Assembly (NCBI GenBank): GCA_028279245.1
Contig: JANQOE010000004.1
Location: forward strand, 31,724 to 95,723
Source: Alphaproteobacteria bacterium
Lineage (GTDB): Bacteria; Pseudomonadota; Alphaproteobacteria; UBA6615
Direction of reading: 5' to 3'
DNA length: 64,000 bases
The position numbers were made by a program, and so were the translations under genes. Below the pieces are notes generated by a model, which saw only the letters and a program-made list of their open reading frames with translations, was not told where the DNA came from and searched no databases. The stretch's first letter is position 1; the number at the start of each line of letters is the position of its first letter. Positions 32,096 to 42,130 of the stretch are shown in pieces.

Positions 32096-32374
32096 CTACC
32101 GCCGATACGGTTCCGGCAGGGAGAGAATGGCCGGGTCGGCCACGAACTGGTTGCTCAGGCCCGGCACCGGTTCGGTATAGCAATCGATGGCGGCGAGGGT
32201 CTGATAGCAAAAGCCCGGGTTCCGGCGGGCGAGCGTCGGGCTGCGCTCGGCGCTGGGGAACACCCAGCCCGCCGCGCGGATGTCTTCGTGGGTTGGCGCG
32301 AATACTCTCAAGGGGTTGCACGCGGCGAGGAGTAGAAGTGCTGCCGCCGCCGATAGTCTGAAGAGGGCCGACAT
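32096..32374 (-). CDS. Small putative lipoprotein
   Basis: Lipobox LLAAC after a hydrophobic signal peptide; CY-x7-CY pair. Starts 5 nt after the patatin stop. Confidence 0.65.
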   Translation of the reverse strand: MSALFRLSAAAALLLLAACNPLRVFAPTHEDIRAAGWVFPSAERSPTLARRNPGFCYQTLAAIDCYTEPVPGLSNQFVADPAILSLPEPYRR

Positions 32375-32379
32375 GGCCG

Positions 32380-33390
32380 TTAGCTTATAGCTGTGGTCTC
32401 CTGGCCCGGCGCCTCATTGGTGGTATCGGTGCCGCTCGGATTTGATGGCTGTTGCCGTGGGTTGGGGCGAATGCCCTGCGCCTCCAGGTCCGGAACGGCC
32501 TGCTCAACCGCTATCTCACCGCAGTCGATCGCCTCCTCGGCCCGATGAAACTCAAGCAGGCCGATCTGGTGCAGGCCTGGTTCGATCAGTACGTCCGGCA
32601 TGTGTTCACGCAGGCGGCTACGCGTTAGCTCCTCCTGCATGATGTTCAGGGCGCTGACCAGGACATCCCAGAATTCGATGCTCCTTGCAGGCTCGCCGAA
32701 GAGTTGCTGGGCGAGCCGGGTGGCTTGGGACCGCAGTGGCTCGGGCATGTCCGCGGACAGGCGCTCAACCAGATCGCTGCGGGCTTTCGCACGCTTCTCC
32801 TTGCGGACGGATCGCCGGCCGATGCGATTACTGTTGATGTTTACCGCGATCACGATATCGGCGCCCAAGGCCCGGCAGAGGGAGACCGGGACCGGGTTGA
32901 CGAGGCCGCCGTCGACCAGATGCTCGTTGCCCTCGGCCACCGGGCTCAGGATGCCGGGGAAGGCGATTGCGGCACGGATACGCTCTGCCAGTGGTCCGTT
33001 CTCCAGCCAGATCTCCTCCCCGGTGCGGATGTTCGCGGCGGTGGTTCCGAACCGGATGGGGAGTTGCTCGATCGTGGCGTCCCCCAGCAGATCCCGTAGC
33101 AGCCGCATAAGCTTCTCGCCGCCGAGGAGACCGCCCGCGGACAATCGCACATCCAGGAGCCGGATGAGGTCGCGGCGGGTCAATCCGCGCGCCAGCCGTT
33201 CGAGCTGCCGGTCCGCGTCAACGGCATAGGCGGCGCCGACCAAAGCGCCGATGGAGCTGCCGCAGACGATACTTGGCTCGACGCCGAGTTTGCGGAGGGC
33301 CTGCAGGACGCCAATATGGGCCCAGCCGCGCGCCGCGCCGCTGCCCAGTGCGACCCCCACTGCGGGTTTTTCTCTTTGTTTAACACTCAT
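32380..33390 (-). CDS. Patatin-like phospholipase (RssA-like)
   Basis: GSGAARG, GSSIG nucleophile elbow, DGG. Confidence 0.92.
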   Translation of the reverse strand: MSVKQREKPAVGVALGSGAARGWAHIGVLQALRKLGVEPSIVCGSSIGALVGAAYAVDADRQLERLARGLTRRDLIRLLDVRLSAGGLLGGEKLMRLLRDLLGDATIEQLPIRFGTTAANIRTGEEIWLENGPLAERIRAAIAFPGILSPVAEGNEHLVDGGLVNPVPVSLCRALGADIVIAVNINSNRIGRRSVRKEKRAKARSDLVERLSADMPEPLRSQATRLAQQLFGEPARSIEFWDVLVSALNIMQEELTRSRLREHMPDVLIEPGLHQIGLLEFHRAEEAIDCGEIAVEQAVPDLEAQGIRPNPRQQPSNPSGTDTTNEAPGQETTAIS

Positions 33391-33453
33391 GCGGTGTAAA
33401 CCGCCGGTTTTCCGATCCGGGGAGAGGGTGAGGCTTCGCCAGTATAGGAACCC

Positions 33454-33460
33454 TTAACCA
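33454..33460 (+). promoter_or_regulatory. CtrA-like half-site (TTAACCA) upstream of divK
   Basis: TTAACCA about 85 nt before divK, which is a known CtrA target in Caulobacter. The second half-site is poor. Confidence 0.3.
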
Positions 33461-33543
33461 CGCGCTGATACGGTTTTGTAACGTTCTCGTTGGGAAAACC
33501 GAGGCGTAGCCGTACCTCAGGCGCGTCCACCAAGCAGGTCAAG

Positions 33544-33909
33544 ATGCCGAAGAAAGTTCTGATTGTTGAGGACAACGATCTCAACATGAAGCTGTTCCAC
33601 GACCTCCTCGAGGCGCAGGGTTACGACACGCTGCAGACCAAGGATGGGATGGAGGCCCTGAAGCTCGCGCGCGAGCATACGCCCGACCTCATCCTGATGG
33701 ATATCCAATTGCCGGAAGTATCGGGGCTCGAGGTCACCAAGTGGCTCAAGGAGGACGAAAGTCTTCGATCGATCCCGGTCATCGCCGTCACCGCATTTGC
33801 CATGAAAGGCGATGAGGAGAAGATCCGGCGTGGCGGCTGTGAGGCTTATATCTCCAAACCTATCTCCGTCCCGCAGTTTCTCCAGACTGTTCAGTCGTAC
33901 CTGAAATAG
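33544..33909 (+). CDS. divK: Cell-cycle response regulator DivK
   Basis: [49 protein letters not shown]; directly upstream of pleD. Confidence 0.95.
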   Translation: MPKKVLIVEDNDLNMKLFHDLLEAQGYDTLQTKDGMEALKLAREHTPDLILMDIQLPEVSGLEVTKWLKEDESLRSIPVIAVTAFAMKGDEEKIRRGGCEAYISKPISVPQFLQTVQSYLK

Positions 33910-33919
33910 GGACGACCGC

Positions 33920-35317
33920 GTGCCTGCCCGTATCCTTGTCGTTGACGATGTCGAGGTGAATCGTCGGCTGCTTGAGGCGAAACTCTCGGTCGAATACTAC
34001 GAGATCATCACTGCGGAGAACGGCGCCGAGGCGCTGGAGCGGGCAAAAGCAGAACAGCCGGACCTCATTCTGCTCGATATCATGATGCCGGAGATGGACG
34101 GTTTTGAGGTCTGTCAGCGGTTGAAGGCGGATCCGGCGTTGACCCACATCCCTGTCGTCATGGTGACCGCACTGTCGGAGCAGAGCGACAAGATCAGGGG
34201 ACTTGAGGTCGGCGCCGATGACTTCTTGACAAAGCCGGTCGACGACTGGGCATTGCGTTCCCGCATTCGGTCGCTGCTGCGGCTCAAGATGGCATCCGAC
34301 GAATTGCTGCGGCGGCGGCAGACCGGCGCTCAGCTTGGCGTTGTTGACGACAGTCTGCTGGTCCGTGAGGTGACCGGGGCACGGGTGCTGGTCATCGATG
34401 ACAGTCCGTCGAAGGGCAAGATCCGCGATACTTTGGAAGCCCAGGGCTACGAGGTCCAACTCGCCGAGGATGTCGCCGCGGGTCTTGAACTGGGGACGAA
34501 ACGGTCCTTCGATCTGGTGCTGGTCCGCCTGCGCCTGAGTAGCGGCGATCCGCTGCGGCTCTGCGCGCAGCTTCGGACGTCCGATGGCAGCCGGTCGGTG
34601 CCGATCCTGGTGATTGCCGACGCCGAGGATCGTGAACGGATCGAGAAGGCAATCGAGATCGGCATCAACGACTATTTCACCTCGCCGGTCGACCCGAGCG
34701 AACTGATTGCCCGTGTCCGGACGCAAGTTCGCCGCAAGAAGTACAATGACAAGCTGAAAGCCGACTATGAGCACGGCCTGGTCGCCGCTTTGAAGGATGG
34801 CCTTACCGGTGTCTACAACCGGCGTTACCTGGACACGCATCTGGACTCGCAGCTCAAGGATCAGGCGAGCAGTGGCCGGGAGATAACGGTGGTGATGCTG
34901 GATATCGATCACTTCAAGCAGATCAACGACACCCATGGCCATATGGCCGGCGACGACGTGCTGCGAGGGCTGGTTCCGGTGGTGCGGGAGTCGGTGCGTG
35001 ACTTTGACACTGTTGCCCGTTATGGCGGGGAGGAGTTCGTCGTCGTGCTGTCGGGCGATGGTCTCGATGTTGGGCAAAAGGTCGCTGAGCGGCTACGCGG
35101 CGCGGTTGCATCGACGCCGTTCGTCTCGGGCGATACGAGCCTCGAAGTCACCGTCAGTATCGGGGTGGCTGCGGGCCGACCAGGTGAGCACGCGACCGAC
35201 TTGTTAAGTCGAGCAGATGCGGCGCTTTATCGGGCGAAAGAAGCGGGTCGTAACAGGGTTGTGGCCGATGATGGCCAAGCTGAGCCGCTAGCGGCTACTT
35301 CATCTTCTGTTCTTTGA
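33920..35317 (+). CDS. pleD: PleD response regulator / diguanylate cyclase
   Basis: REC domain (LLDIMMP), pseudo-REC, I-site RDFD and GGEEF. Confidence 0.93.
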   Translation: MPARILVVDDVEVNRRLLEAKLSVEYYEIITAENGAEALERAKAEQPDLILLDIMMPEMDGFEVCQRLKADPALTHIPVVMVTALSEQSDKIRGLEVGADDFLTKPVDDWALRSRIRSLLRLKMASDELLRRRQTGAQLGVVDDSLLVREVTGARVLVIDDSPSKGKIRDTLEAQGYEVQLAEDVAAGLELGTKRSFDLVLVRLRLSSGDPLRLCAQLRTSDGSRSVPILVIADAEDRERIEKAIEIGINDYFTSPVDPSELIARVRTQVRRKKYNDKLKADYEHGLVAALKDGLTGVYNRRYLDTHLDSQLKDQASSGREITVVMLDIDHFKQINDTHGHMAGDDVLRGLVPVVRESVRDFDTVARYGGEEFVVVLSGDGLDVGQKVAERLRGAVASTPFVSGDTSLEVTVSIGVAAGRPGEHATDLLSRADAALYRAKEAGRNRVVADDGQAEPLAATSSSVL

Positions 35318-35462
35318 ACAGGACATGCTTCCGGGCGACCGGGTCGAACTTCTTTAGCTCAAGCTTTTCCGGGCGCTTCCGCGGGTTCCGCTTCGCCACG
35401 TAAAAGTAGCCGGTGTCCGCTGTGCTGGTCATCTTGACCAGGATCGTCGCTGGCTTCGCCAT
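35295..35462 (-). CDS. rpmG: 50S ribosomal protein L33 (Cys-free type), absent from the ORF track
   Basis: Translated by hand: [55 protein letters not shown]. Confidence 0.96.
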   Translation of the reverse strand: MAKPATILVKMTSTADTGYFYVAKRNPRKRPEKLELKKFDPVARKHVLFKEQKMK

Positions 35463-35494
35463 GGCTCAATATTCCCGTTTTCCGCAGGCCGGCT

Positions 35495-35522
35495 AACCTA
35501 GCCGTGCGCCTTCCGTTGTCAA
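35495..35522 (-). promoter_or_regulatory. Candidate sigma70 promoter of rpmG (TTGACA-16-TAGGTT)
   Basis: Perfect TTGACA and a -10-like hexamer about 32 nt upstream of the rpmG ATG. Confidence 0.55.
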
Positions 35523-35525
35523 GAG

Positions 35526-37091
35526 TTACCGCCGTGCGACCGACGGGGCCAGTGGCTCCAGGGACTGCCGGTAGAGACTGAGATCAGCCAGAATTGCTTG
35601 GGCCACTTCGAGGTCCGTTTCGGGGTTGCCGGCGGCCGATGGGCAGGCGCCGCGCAGGATCGCCAGATCCTCCTCGCCGGCTGCCTCGGCTTCGCGCCAG
35701 TCGGTCAAGACCTCTTGGGTCTCGGTGCTGCCGTCACGCAACTCGTTCACCACCCGGTTGGCGGCTGCGGTGGCTTCACCATCGCGCGTACAGACGTTGG
35801 GCAGGACCCCCAGGTCGTGCAGCCGGTAGCCGGTCGGCGCATGCAGCCGCGACCAGGTGAGGGTCAGTTCGCCGTTGTTGGGCAGCCGGTAGACCGTTTG
35901 GACGGTGCCCTTGCCGTAGGAGTTGGAGCCGATCACCACCGCACGCCCCAGGTCTTGTAATGCCGCGGCGACCACTTCGGATGCCGACGCGGAATCGCCG
36001 TTGATGAGGACGATCATCGGCCGTCCGTAGGCATAGTCCAGCCCGGACGCGCCGTACTCCTGGCGGCTATGGGGATGGCGGCCGCGGGTTTTGACGATAT
36101 CGCCGTCCCGCAGGAATACGTCCGCAACCTCTACTGCTTGGTCCAACAGGCCGCCCGGGTTGCCGCGCAGATCTAGTACAAACCCGTCGATAGTCGAACC
36201 ATGCTCCGCTTGAATTCGCGTGACCTCGCCGCGCACCTTGGCGGCGGTGCTTTGGTTAAAGCTCGAGACCCGAATGATCGCAGCGCGGCCTTCGACCCGT
36301 GCCTCGACGGTTGGTGGGACGATGCGCTTTCGCTGCAAGATCACGCTGTAAGGTGGGCCACCCGCTGCACGGTCGAGGGTGAGCCGGACCCGGGTGTTCA
36401 ACTGGCCCCGAAGTTGCCGGACAAGATCGCGCTGGCTCCAGCCGGCGATACGGGAGCTGTTCACAACCGTTAGCCGGTCGTCGGCCATGATTCCGGCTTC
36501 GTCGGCCGGGCCTCCGGGCACGACAGAGATGATGGTGGCGAAATCCTTCTCCATGCGGATCGTCACGCCGATTCCGCCAAAGCCTTCGCGCATTGCGCGG
36601 GCGTCTATGGCGTCGTCTAGACCCGCGTACCGAGAGAACTCGTCCAGTTTTCGCAAGGCGTGGTCGTAGACCACCTCGAATATCTCTTCTGCTTCTGCCT
36701 GGTTGAGTGAAGGGGACGCCGAGCGGGCGGCCTCGACAACGTCGGTCACCAGCCGGGCCCATTCGGACGGATCGCCATCCTGTGGGGTGGTTAGGGTTGC
36801 TACCGTGCGGCCACCGACAAGGACATCGATATCGAGACCATTGGGACGGGCCTCAATGGCGGGATCGATCTCCCGCAGCCCGTCCAGTCCGGCCAGAGCA
36901 AAGCCACGCATGTCCGGGCGTTCGACGTACCGGTGGTTGATGAACTCAAAGCCACTTTCGAAAACATCATTGGCGTAGCCGACGCTGTATTCGTAGGGCG
37001 GTGAGCTTAGGAAGCGTGCACACGCGGTGAGGAGGAGAGGGAGCAACAACAGGGCCGCGGCTCGCGATGACGAGCGCCAGAACATATACAT
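35526..37091 (-). CDS. S41 family C-terminal processing peptidase, lipoprotein
   Basis: Lipobox LTAC, PDZ GGIGV, DLRGNPGG, SASASE, YGKGTVQ. Confidence 0.92.
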   Translation of the reverse strand: MYMFWRSSSRAAALLLLPLLLTACARFLSSPPYEYSVGYANDVFESGFEFINHRYVERPDMRGFALAGLDGLREIDPAIEARPNGLDIDVLVGGRTVATLTTPQDGDPSEWARLVTDVVEAARSASPSLNQAEAEEIFEVVYDHALRKLDEFSRYAGLDDAIDARAMREGFGGIGVTIRMEKDFATIISVVPGGPADEAGIMADDRLTVVNSSRIAGWSQRDLVRQLRGQLNTRVRLTLDRAAGGPPYSVILQRKRIVPPTVEARVEGRAAIIRVSSFNQSTAAKVRGEVTRIQAEHGSTIDGFVLDLRGNPGGLLDQAVEVADVFLRDGDIVKTRGRHPHSRQEYGASGLDYAYGRPMIVLINGDSASASEVVAAALQDLGRAVVIGSNSYGKGTVQTVYRLPNNGELTLTWSRLHAPTGYRLHDLGVLPNVCTRDGEATAAANRVVNELRDGSTETQEVLTDWREAEAAGEEDLAILRGACPSAAGNPETDLEVAQAILADLSLYRQSLEPLAPSVARR

Positions 37092-37202
37092 GTGTGTTGC
37101 TTGCCCTTCCTTCTGATGATTGTGTGTTTCTTCTTAGTACTATTATCCGAGGCGGTGAAATAACTAAATCAAGCGCCGGTGAGATCGGCCCTTGGTTGGG
37201 TC

Positions 37203-37222
37203 ATGGTTAAGACGGAACTAAC
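37203..37222 (-). promoter_or_regulatory. Candidate CtrA box (TTAG-N7-TTAACCAT)
   Basis: Minus strand GTTAG-TTCCGTC-TTAACCAT; one mismatch to TTAA-N7-TTAA; about 115 nt upstream of the S41 gene. Confidence 0.5.
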
Positions 37223-39410
37223 GCCGTCGGTGCTGGCGGCGGCCGGCCGTTCTCGGCGATTCGGCCAGTTCCAGGGTGATTTGGCCGGCGATCCCGACGA
37301 CCTCTCGCAGTCTGACGCTTAGCGGCTCCCCCAGGTGAAACATCTTGCCGGTGCGTTCGCCGGTCAGCGCGTGCCGTTTGGGGTCGTGGCGGTAGTAGTC
37401 ACCCGGGAGCAGGGACATGGGGAGCAGGCCGTCCGCCCCGGTTTCGTCTAGGCGGACGAAGAGACCGGCCCGGCTGACCCCGCTTATGGTGCCGCTCAAC
37501 ACTGTGCCGACCTGGTTTTCGAGGAACGCGGCCGCGTACCGGTCAAAGACCTCACGCTCGGCGCCGGCGGCCCGCCGTTCGGTTGATGAGATGTGGTCGC
37601 CGATCTGCTCAAAATCCTCGTCAGCACCCGGCAGCAAGCCATCGCCACCGAGATCAAGGGTGCGGATGATCGAGCGGTGGACCAGCAGGTCGGCGTAGCG
37701 CCGAATCGGCGAGGTGAAATGGGCGTAACGACCGAGGGCGAGGCCGAAATGACCGATGTTGTTGGGGCTGTAGGTGGCCTGCATTTGCGCGCGCAGGATC
37801 AACTGGCTGAACAACTCGGCGCGCGGCGTGTCCTTCACCCGACGCAGGACCGTGTTGAACAGGCTCGGATTGGGGCTGTGACCGCGTGGCACCCAGAAGC
37901 CATGCTCGTCCAACAGGGTGCGCAGGTCGTCGATCCGTTCCGGGTCGGGACGGTCGTGGACCCTGAACATGCAGGGTTGATTGCGCTGGGTCAGCAGTTG
38001 TGCCGCCGCGACGTTGGCTGTGATCATGAACTCTTCGATCAGTCGGTGGCTATCCAGCCGCGACACCGGGGCAATGCCAGCGACATGACCAGCCTCGTCG
38101 AGCCTGATCTTCCGTTCGGGCAGATCCAGGTCGAGAGGCTGGCGCTTGTGCCTGGCGGTCTGCAGCGCTTCGAAGGCCCCGTAGAGCGGGCGGATCACGG
38201 GGTCGAGCAGCGGGCCGGTCAGATCGTCGGGACGACCGTCATCGGCTGCTTGCACCTGCTGGTAGGTGAGCCGGGCCGCGGACCGCATGAGTCCGCGTTC
38301 GAATTGGAACTTCTTTACACCGCCGTGTTGGCCGATCCACAGGTGAACTGCGAGACAGGCTCGATCCTCGTTCGGGCGGAGCGAACACAAGCCGTTTGAG
38401 AGTTCCTCCGGCAACATCGGCACGACGCGGTCGGGGAAGTACACGGAGTTGCCGCGCCGGCGCGCCTCGCTGTCCAAGGCATCGTCCGTACGTACGTAGT
38501 GGGCAACGTCGGCAATGGCGACAACGATGTGCCATCCACTCTCGCTGGCCGGATCCCGTTCGGCAAATACGGCGTCGTCGAAGTCCCGCGCATCGGCGCC
38601 GTCGATGGTGACCAGAGGGATCGACCGCAGGTCGGTCCGATCCCCCAGGCCAGCCGGTTTGCAGCCCTTCGCTTGGGCAAGGGCGGCCGCGGGGAACTCA
38701 TGAGGGATACCAGCGTTGTGGATGGCGATCAGGCTGAAGGCCTTCGGTTCACTGGCGTTGCCGATCCGTTGCTGGATCTCGACCGAGGTCAGGCCCATGC
38801 GGCGGCCCGGCAAGACCCGGGCGAGCACCAGGTCGTCGTTCGCCAGTCCGTCGACCAAGCTTTCTCTGACATGGAACTCGTTGCGGCGGCCGGGCTCGGT
38901 GGCAATGACGCGGTCGCCTTGGGCCGTGTGACGAAAGAGGCCGACAAAGTCCTGGGTGGCGCCGTCGAGCCGCTTCATTGGGGTTGCGCTGTAGGTGCCG
39001 TCGGACTCCCGCCGCAGCCGGGCGAGCAGGCGGTCGCCAACGGCGGGGGCGCGGCCGGGCCGCGGTGCGGCGACGTTGATGACCGGTGGCGGCTGATCGT
39101 CCGACCAGCGGCTCGGCCGGGCTAGCAGCTCGCCGTCGACCGTTTGATCGGTGACCTCGATTACCGTCACTGATGGAAGGGTGCCGGCCAGCCTGACCCG
39201 CCGGTTCGCGCCCCGCTCGATTTCGCCCTCATCTTCCAGTTCGCGCAGCAGTGTCCGCAGTTCGGCCCGTTGCGCGCCGCGCAGGCCGAACTCGCGCGCG
39301 ATGTCGCGGCGCGTCACGCTGTCCTCGCGGCTGCGGATGTAGGTGAGAAGGGTTTGTTTGTCGGGGAGGCCGAGTTGCTGCGCGCGGGAACGGGCCAAGG
39401 GCGTGGTCAA
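37218..39410 (-). CDS. rnr: Ribonuclease R
   Basis: TIDGADARDFDDA, IEEFMI, HFTSPIRRYADL, C-terminal S1 domain. Confidence 0.96.
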   Translation of the reverse strand: MTTPLARSRAQQLGLPDKQTLLTYIRSREDSVTRRDIAREFGLRGAQRAELRTLLRELEDEGEIERGANRRVRLAGTLPSVTVIEVTDQTVDGELLARPSRWSDDQPPPVINVAAPRPGRAPAVGDRLLARLRRESDGTYSATPMKRLDGATQDFVGLFRHTAQGDRVIATEPGRRNEFHVRESLVDGLANDDLVLARVLPGRRMGLTSVEIQQRIGNASEPKAFSLIAIHNAGIPHEFPAAALAQAKGCKPAGLGDRTDLRSIPLVTIDGADARDFDDAVFAERDPASESGWHIVVAIADVAHYVRTDDALDSEARRRGNSVYFPDRVVPMLPEELSNGLCSLRPNEDRACLAVHLWIGQHGGVKKFQFERGLMRSAARLTYQQVQAADDGRPDDLTGPLLDPVIRPLYGAFEALQTARHKRQPLDLDLPERKIRLDEAGHVAGIAPVSRLDSHRLIEEFMITANVAAAQLLTQRNQPCMFRVHDRPDPERIDDLRTLLDEHGFWVPRGHSPNPSLFNTVLRRVKDTPRAELFSQLILRAQMQATYSPNNIGHFGLALGRYAHFTSPIRRYADLLVHRSIIRTLDLGGDGLLPGADEDFEQIGDHISSTERRAAGAEREVFDRYAAAFLENQVGTVLSGTISGVSRAGLFVRLDETGADGLLPMSLLPGDYYRHDPKRHALTGERTGKMFHLGEPLSVRLREVVGIAGQITLELAESPRTAGRRQHRRR

Positions 39411-42091
39411 TCCGCCTCGGCGGCCGCGCTTTGCCCCGCTTTTCCGGTCTTCGCCTTGGTAGTGCGCTTTGCTGCAGGCTTCTTGGTTGCCGTTTTCTTT
39501 GCGGCTGCCTTCTTCGGTTTGGCGGTTTTCGCCTTGGTGGTCGTCTTCTTGCGTCCGCCCTTGGCCGCCCGGGCGTCGAGCAATTCAACCGCTTGTTCCA
39601 GCGTCACCGTCTCGGGCTCTTGGCCTTTGGTGAGCGACGCGTTGATGCGACCGTGCTTCACGTAAGGACCGTAGCGCCCTGCATAGAGACTGACCGGTTT
39701 GCCATCCTTCGGATGGGCTCCGATTTCCCTGAGTGGTTTCGCGGCTTGACGTCCACCCCGGCTGCCCTTCTCGCCGATCAGGGTGACCGCACGGTTGATG
39801 CCGACCGAGAAGACCTCCATCGGGTCCTGCAACGAGACATAAGTTGTGCCGTGTTTGACGAACGGGCCGAAGCGGCCGATGCCCGCCTGCATCATCACCC
39901 CGTCTTCGGGATGGGCTCCGATATCCCTTGGCAATTGCAGGAGCTTGAGTGCCATCTCGAAATCGACATCGGCAACGGCGACGCCACGCGGGATCGAGGA
40001 TCGCTTCGGTTTGATCTTCTTCTTGCCGTCGAGTTCCTCTTCGCCAAGTTGGGCGTAGGTGCCGTAGGGCCCTTTTCGCAGGCTGACTTCTTTGCCGGTT
40101 GCCGGGTCGACGCCCAGCACCTTCGGCCCGGCCGCCATTTCCGCGTCATCGGCCCCGTTGCCGTTGTCGGTCAGACGGCGGGTGTACTTGCACTCCGGAT
40201 AGTTGGAGCAGCCGATGAACGGGCCGTGGCGCCCGACTTTCAGGCCAAGGCGGCCGTCGTCGCAACTTGGGCAGGAGCGTGGTTCGCTGCCGTCTTCCCG
40301 GACTGGAAAGAAATGCTGGCCCAGTTCGGCGTCGAGCGCGTCGATGACGGCGCGGGTGCGGAGCTCCTTGGTGCCGGCGGCGGTGGCCGAGAATGCCTCC
40401 CAGAAGTCGCGCAGAACCTGTTTCCAGTCGATGCGGCCGCCGGAGATGTCGTCAAGCTGTTCCTCCAGCTTGGCGGTGAAGTCGTATTCGACGTACCGCT
40501 TGAAAAAGCTCGTCAGGAACGAGGTGACGATGCGGCCCTTGTCCTGGGGCACGAACCGGCGGCGGTCGAGCACGACATACTCGCGGTCCTGCAGGACCTG
40601 GAGGATCGAGGCGTAGGTCGACGGGCGGCCGATGCCGAGCTCCTCGAGCCGGCGTACGAGGCTCGCTTCGCTGTAGCGCGGCGGCGGCTGCGTGAAGTGC
40701 TGGGCCGCGTCGATTGACTGTTTGTCTGCGGCGTCTCCTTCGTGCAGCAGCGGCAGGCGACGGTCATCGTCGTCCTTTGTGTCCTTGTTGCCGGTCTCGT
40801 CCTGGTCCTCGCGGTACAGCTTCAGGAAGCCATCAAAGGCGACGACCGAGCCGTTGGCGCGCAGCCGGATCTGTTGATCCGCGGACGGAAGGTCAACGGC
40901 GGTCTTGTCGAGTTCGGCGTCAGACATCTCGGCGGCGACGGTGCGGCGCCAGATCAGATCGTAGAGTTTCTTTTCGTCTTCCTTCAGCACGCTGGAAAGG
41001 CTGGCGGGGCGCCGGAAAAAGTCGGTCGGCCGGATCGCCTCATGGGCCTCCTGGGCATTCTTGGCCTTGGTCTTGTAGATGCGGGCGCTCTCCGGGAGAT
41101 AGCGGCCGCCGAAGTCCTCCGAGATCAGTTCGCGGCTGTTGCGAATGGCCTCTTGGCTGAGGACGACGCTGTCGGTTCGCATATAGGTGATGAGGCCTAT
41201 GGTCTCGCCACCGATATCGACACCTTCATAGAGCCGCTGGGCCACCCGCATGGTTTGGGTCGCGCTGAAACGCAGTTTGCGCGAGGCTTCCTGCTGCAAG
41301 GTCGAGGTCGTAAATGGCGGTTGCGGCCGGCGTTTGACCCGCTGCTTCTCGATCTTGCCGATCGTGAAACTCTGGGCGTCGATGGCGGCCTTCGCCGCGT
41401 TGGCATCGGCCTCGCTGCCCAGGGAGAATTTGTCGAGCTTATCACCGTTCAGGTGAGTCAGCCGGGCGACAAACGAGTCCCCGTCGGACGATTTCATGGC
41501 GACCGCGACGTCCCAGTATTCCTGGGGGTTGAAGATCTCGATCTCGGTTTCGCGCTCGCAGATCAGTCGCAAAGCGACCGATTGCACGCGGCCTGCCGAA
41601 CGGGCGCCGGGCAGCTTGCGCCAGAGGACCGGCGACAGGGTGAAGCCGACCAGGTAATCCAAAGCGCGGCGCGCGAGATAGGCCTCGATTAGTTCGCTGT
41701 GGAGTTCGCGCGGATGTCGGAAAGCGTCGCGTACGGCATCGGCGGTGATTTCGTTGAAGACGACCCGCTTGACGTCGATGCCCTTGAGGGCGGCCCGTTC
41801 CTTGAGGATCTCCTCAATATGCCAGGAGATGGCCTCGCCCTCGCGATCGGGGTCAGTGGCCAGGTAAAGGGTATCGGCGCCCTTGAGGGCGGCCACGATC
41901 TCCTTGACCGGCTTGTCGGAGCGGTCGGTGAGCTCCCAGGCCATGGCAAAGTCTTCGTCCGGCTGGACCGAGCCGTCCTTCGACGGCAGGTCCCGGACAT
42001 GGCCATAGGAGGCCAGCACCTTGTATCCCTTGCCGAGATACTTGTTGATAGTCTTGGCCTTAGCCGGAGATTCGACGACGACGACGTCCAT
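39407..42091 (-). CDS. topA: DNA topoisomerase I
   Basis: VESPAKAKTI, DPDREGE, SAGRVQS, ITYMRTD, one Zn ribbon, GRFGP/GPYG repeats, Lys/Ala-rich tail. Confidence 0.98.
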   Translation of the reverse strand: MDVVVVESPAKAKTINKYLGKGYKVLASYGHVRDLPSKDGSVQPDEDFAMAWELTDRSDKPVKEIVAALKGADTLYLATDPDREGEAISWHIEEILKERAALKGIDVKRVVFNEITADAVRDAFRHPRELHSELIEAYLARRALDYLVGFTLSPVLWRKLPGARSAGRVQSVALRLICERETEIEIFNPQEYWDVAVAMKSSDGDSFVARLTHLNGDKLDKFSLGSEADANAAKAAIDAQSFTIGKIEKQRVKRRPQPPFTTSTLQQEASRKLRFSATQTMRVAQRLYEGVDIGGETIGLITYMRTDSVVLSQEAIRNSRELISEDFGGRYLPESARIYKTKAKNAQEAHEAIRPTDFFRRPASLSSVLKEDEKKLYDLIWRRTVAAEMSDAELDKTAVDLPSADQQIRLRANGSVVAFDGFLKLYREDQDETGNKDTKDDDDRRLPLLHEGDAADKQSIDAAQHFTQPPPRYSEASLVRRLEELGIGRPSTYASILQVLQDREYVVLDRRRFVPQDKGRIVTSFLTSFFKRYVEYDFTAKLEEQLDDISGGRIDWKQVLRDFWEAFSATAAGTKELRTRAVIDALDAELGQHFFPVREDGSEPRSCPSCDDGRLGLKVGRHGPFIGCSNYPECKYTRRLTDNGNGADDAEMAAGPKVLGVDPATGKEVSLRKGPYGTYAQLGEEELDGKKKIKPKRSSIPRGVAVADVDFEMALKLLQLPRDIGAHPEDGVMMQAGIGRFGPFVKHGTTYVSLQDPMEVFSVGINRAVTLIGEKGSRGGRQAAKPLREIGAHPKDGKPVSLYAGRYGPYVKHGRINASLTKGQEPETVTLEQAVELLDARAAKGGRKKTTTKAKTAKPKKAAAKKTATKKPAAKRTTKAKTGKAGQSAAAEAD

Positions 42092-42130
42092 ACACGTGCT
42101 CTACTGCGCCAATCGCTCCAGATGGGGTGA

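Noticed and set aside
33860..35077. 405-aa minus-strand ORF opposite pleD (similarly 11787-12860, 25268-26191, 53564-54466, 56142-57191, 61204-62193)
   Set aside because: Fully antisense to well-supported genes, with no recognisable domains.
39420..39560. Lys/Ala/Thr low-complexity repeats
   Set aside because: Normal basic C-terminal tail of alphaproteobacterial TopA.
39431..41692. Long plus-strand ORFs (428 and 316 aa) opposite topA
   Set aside because: Antisense shadow ORFs typical of high-GC codon bias; no motifs.
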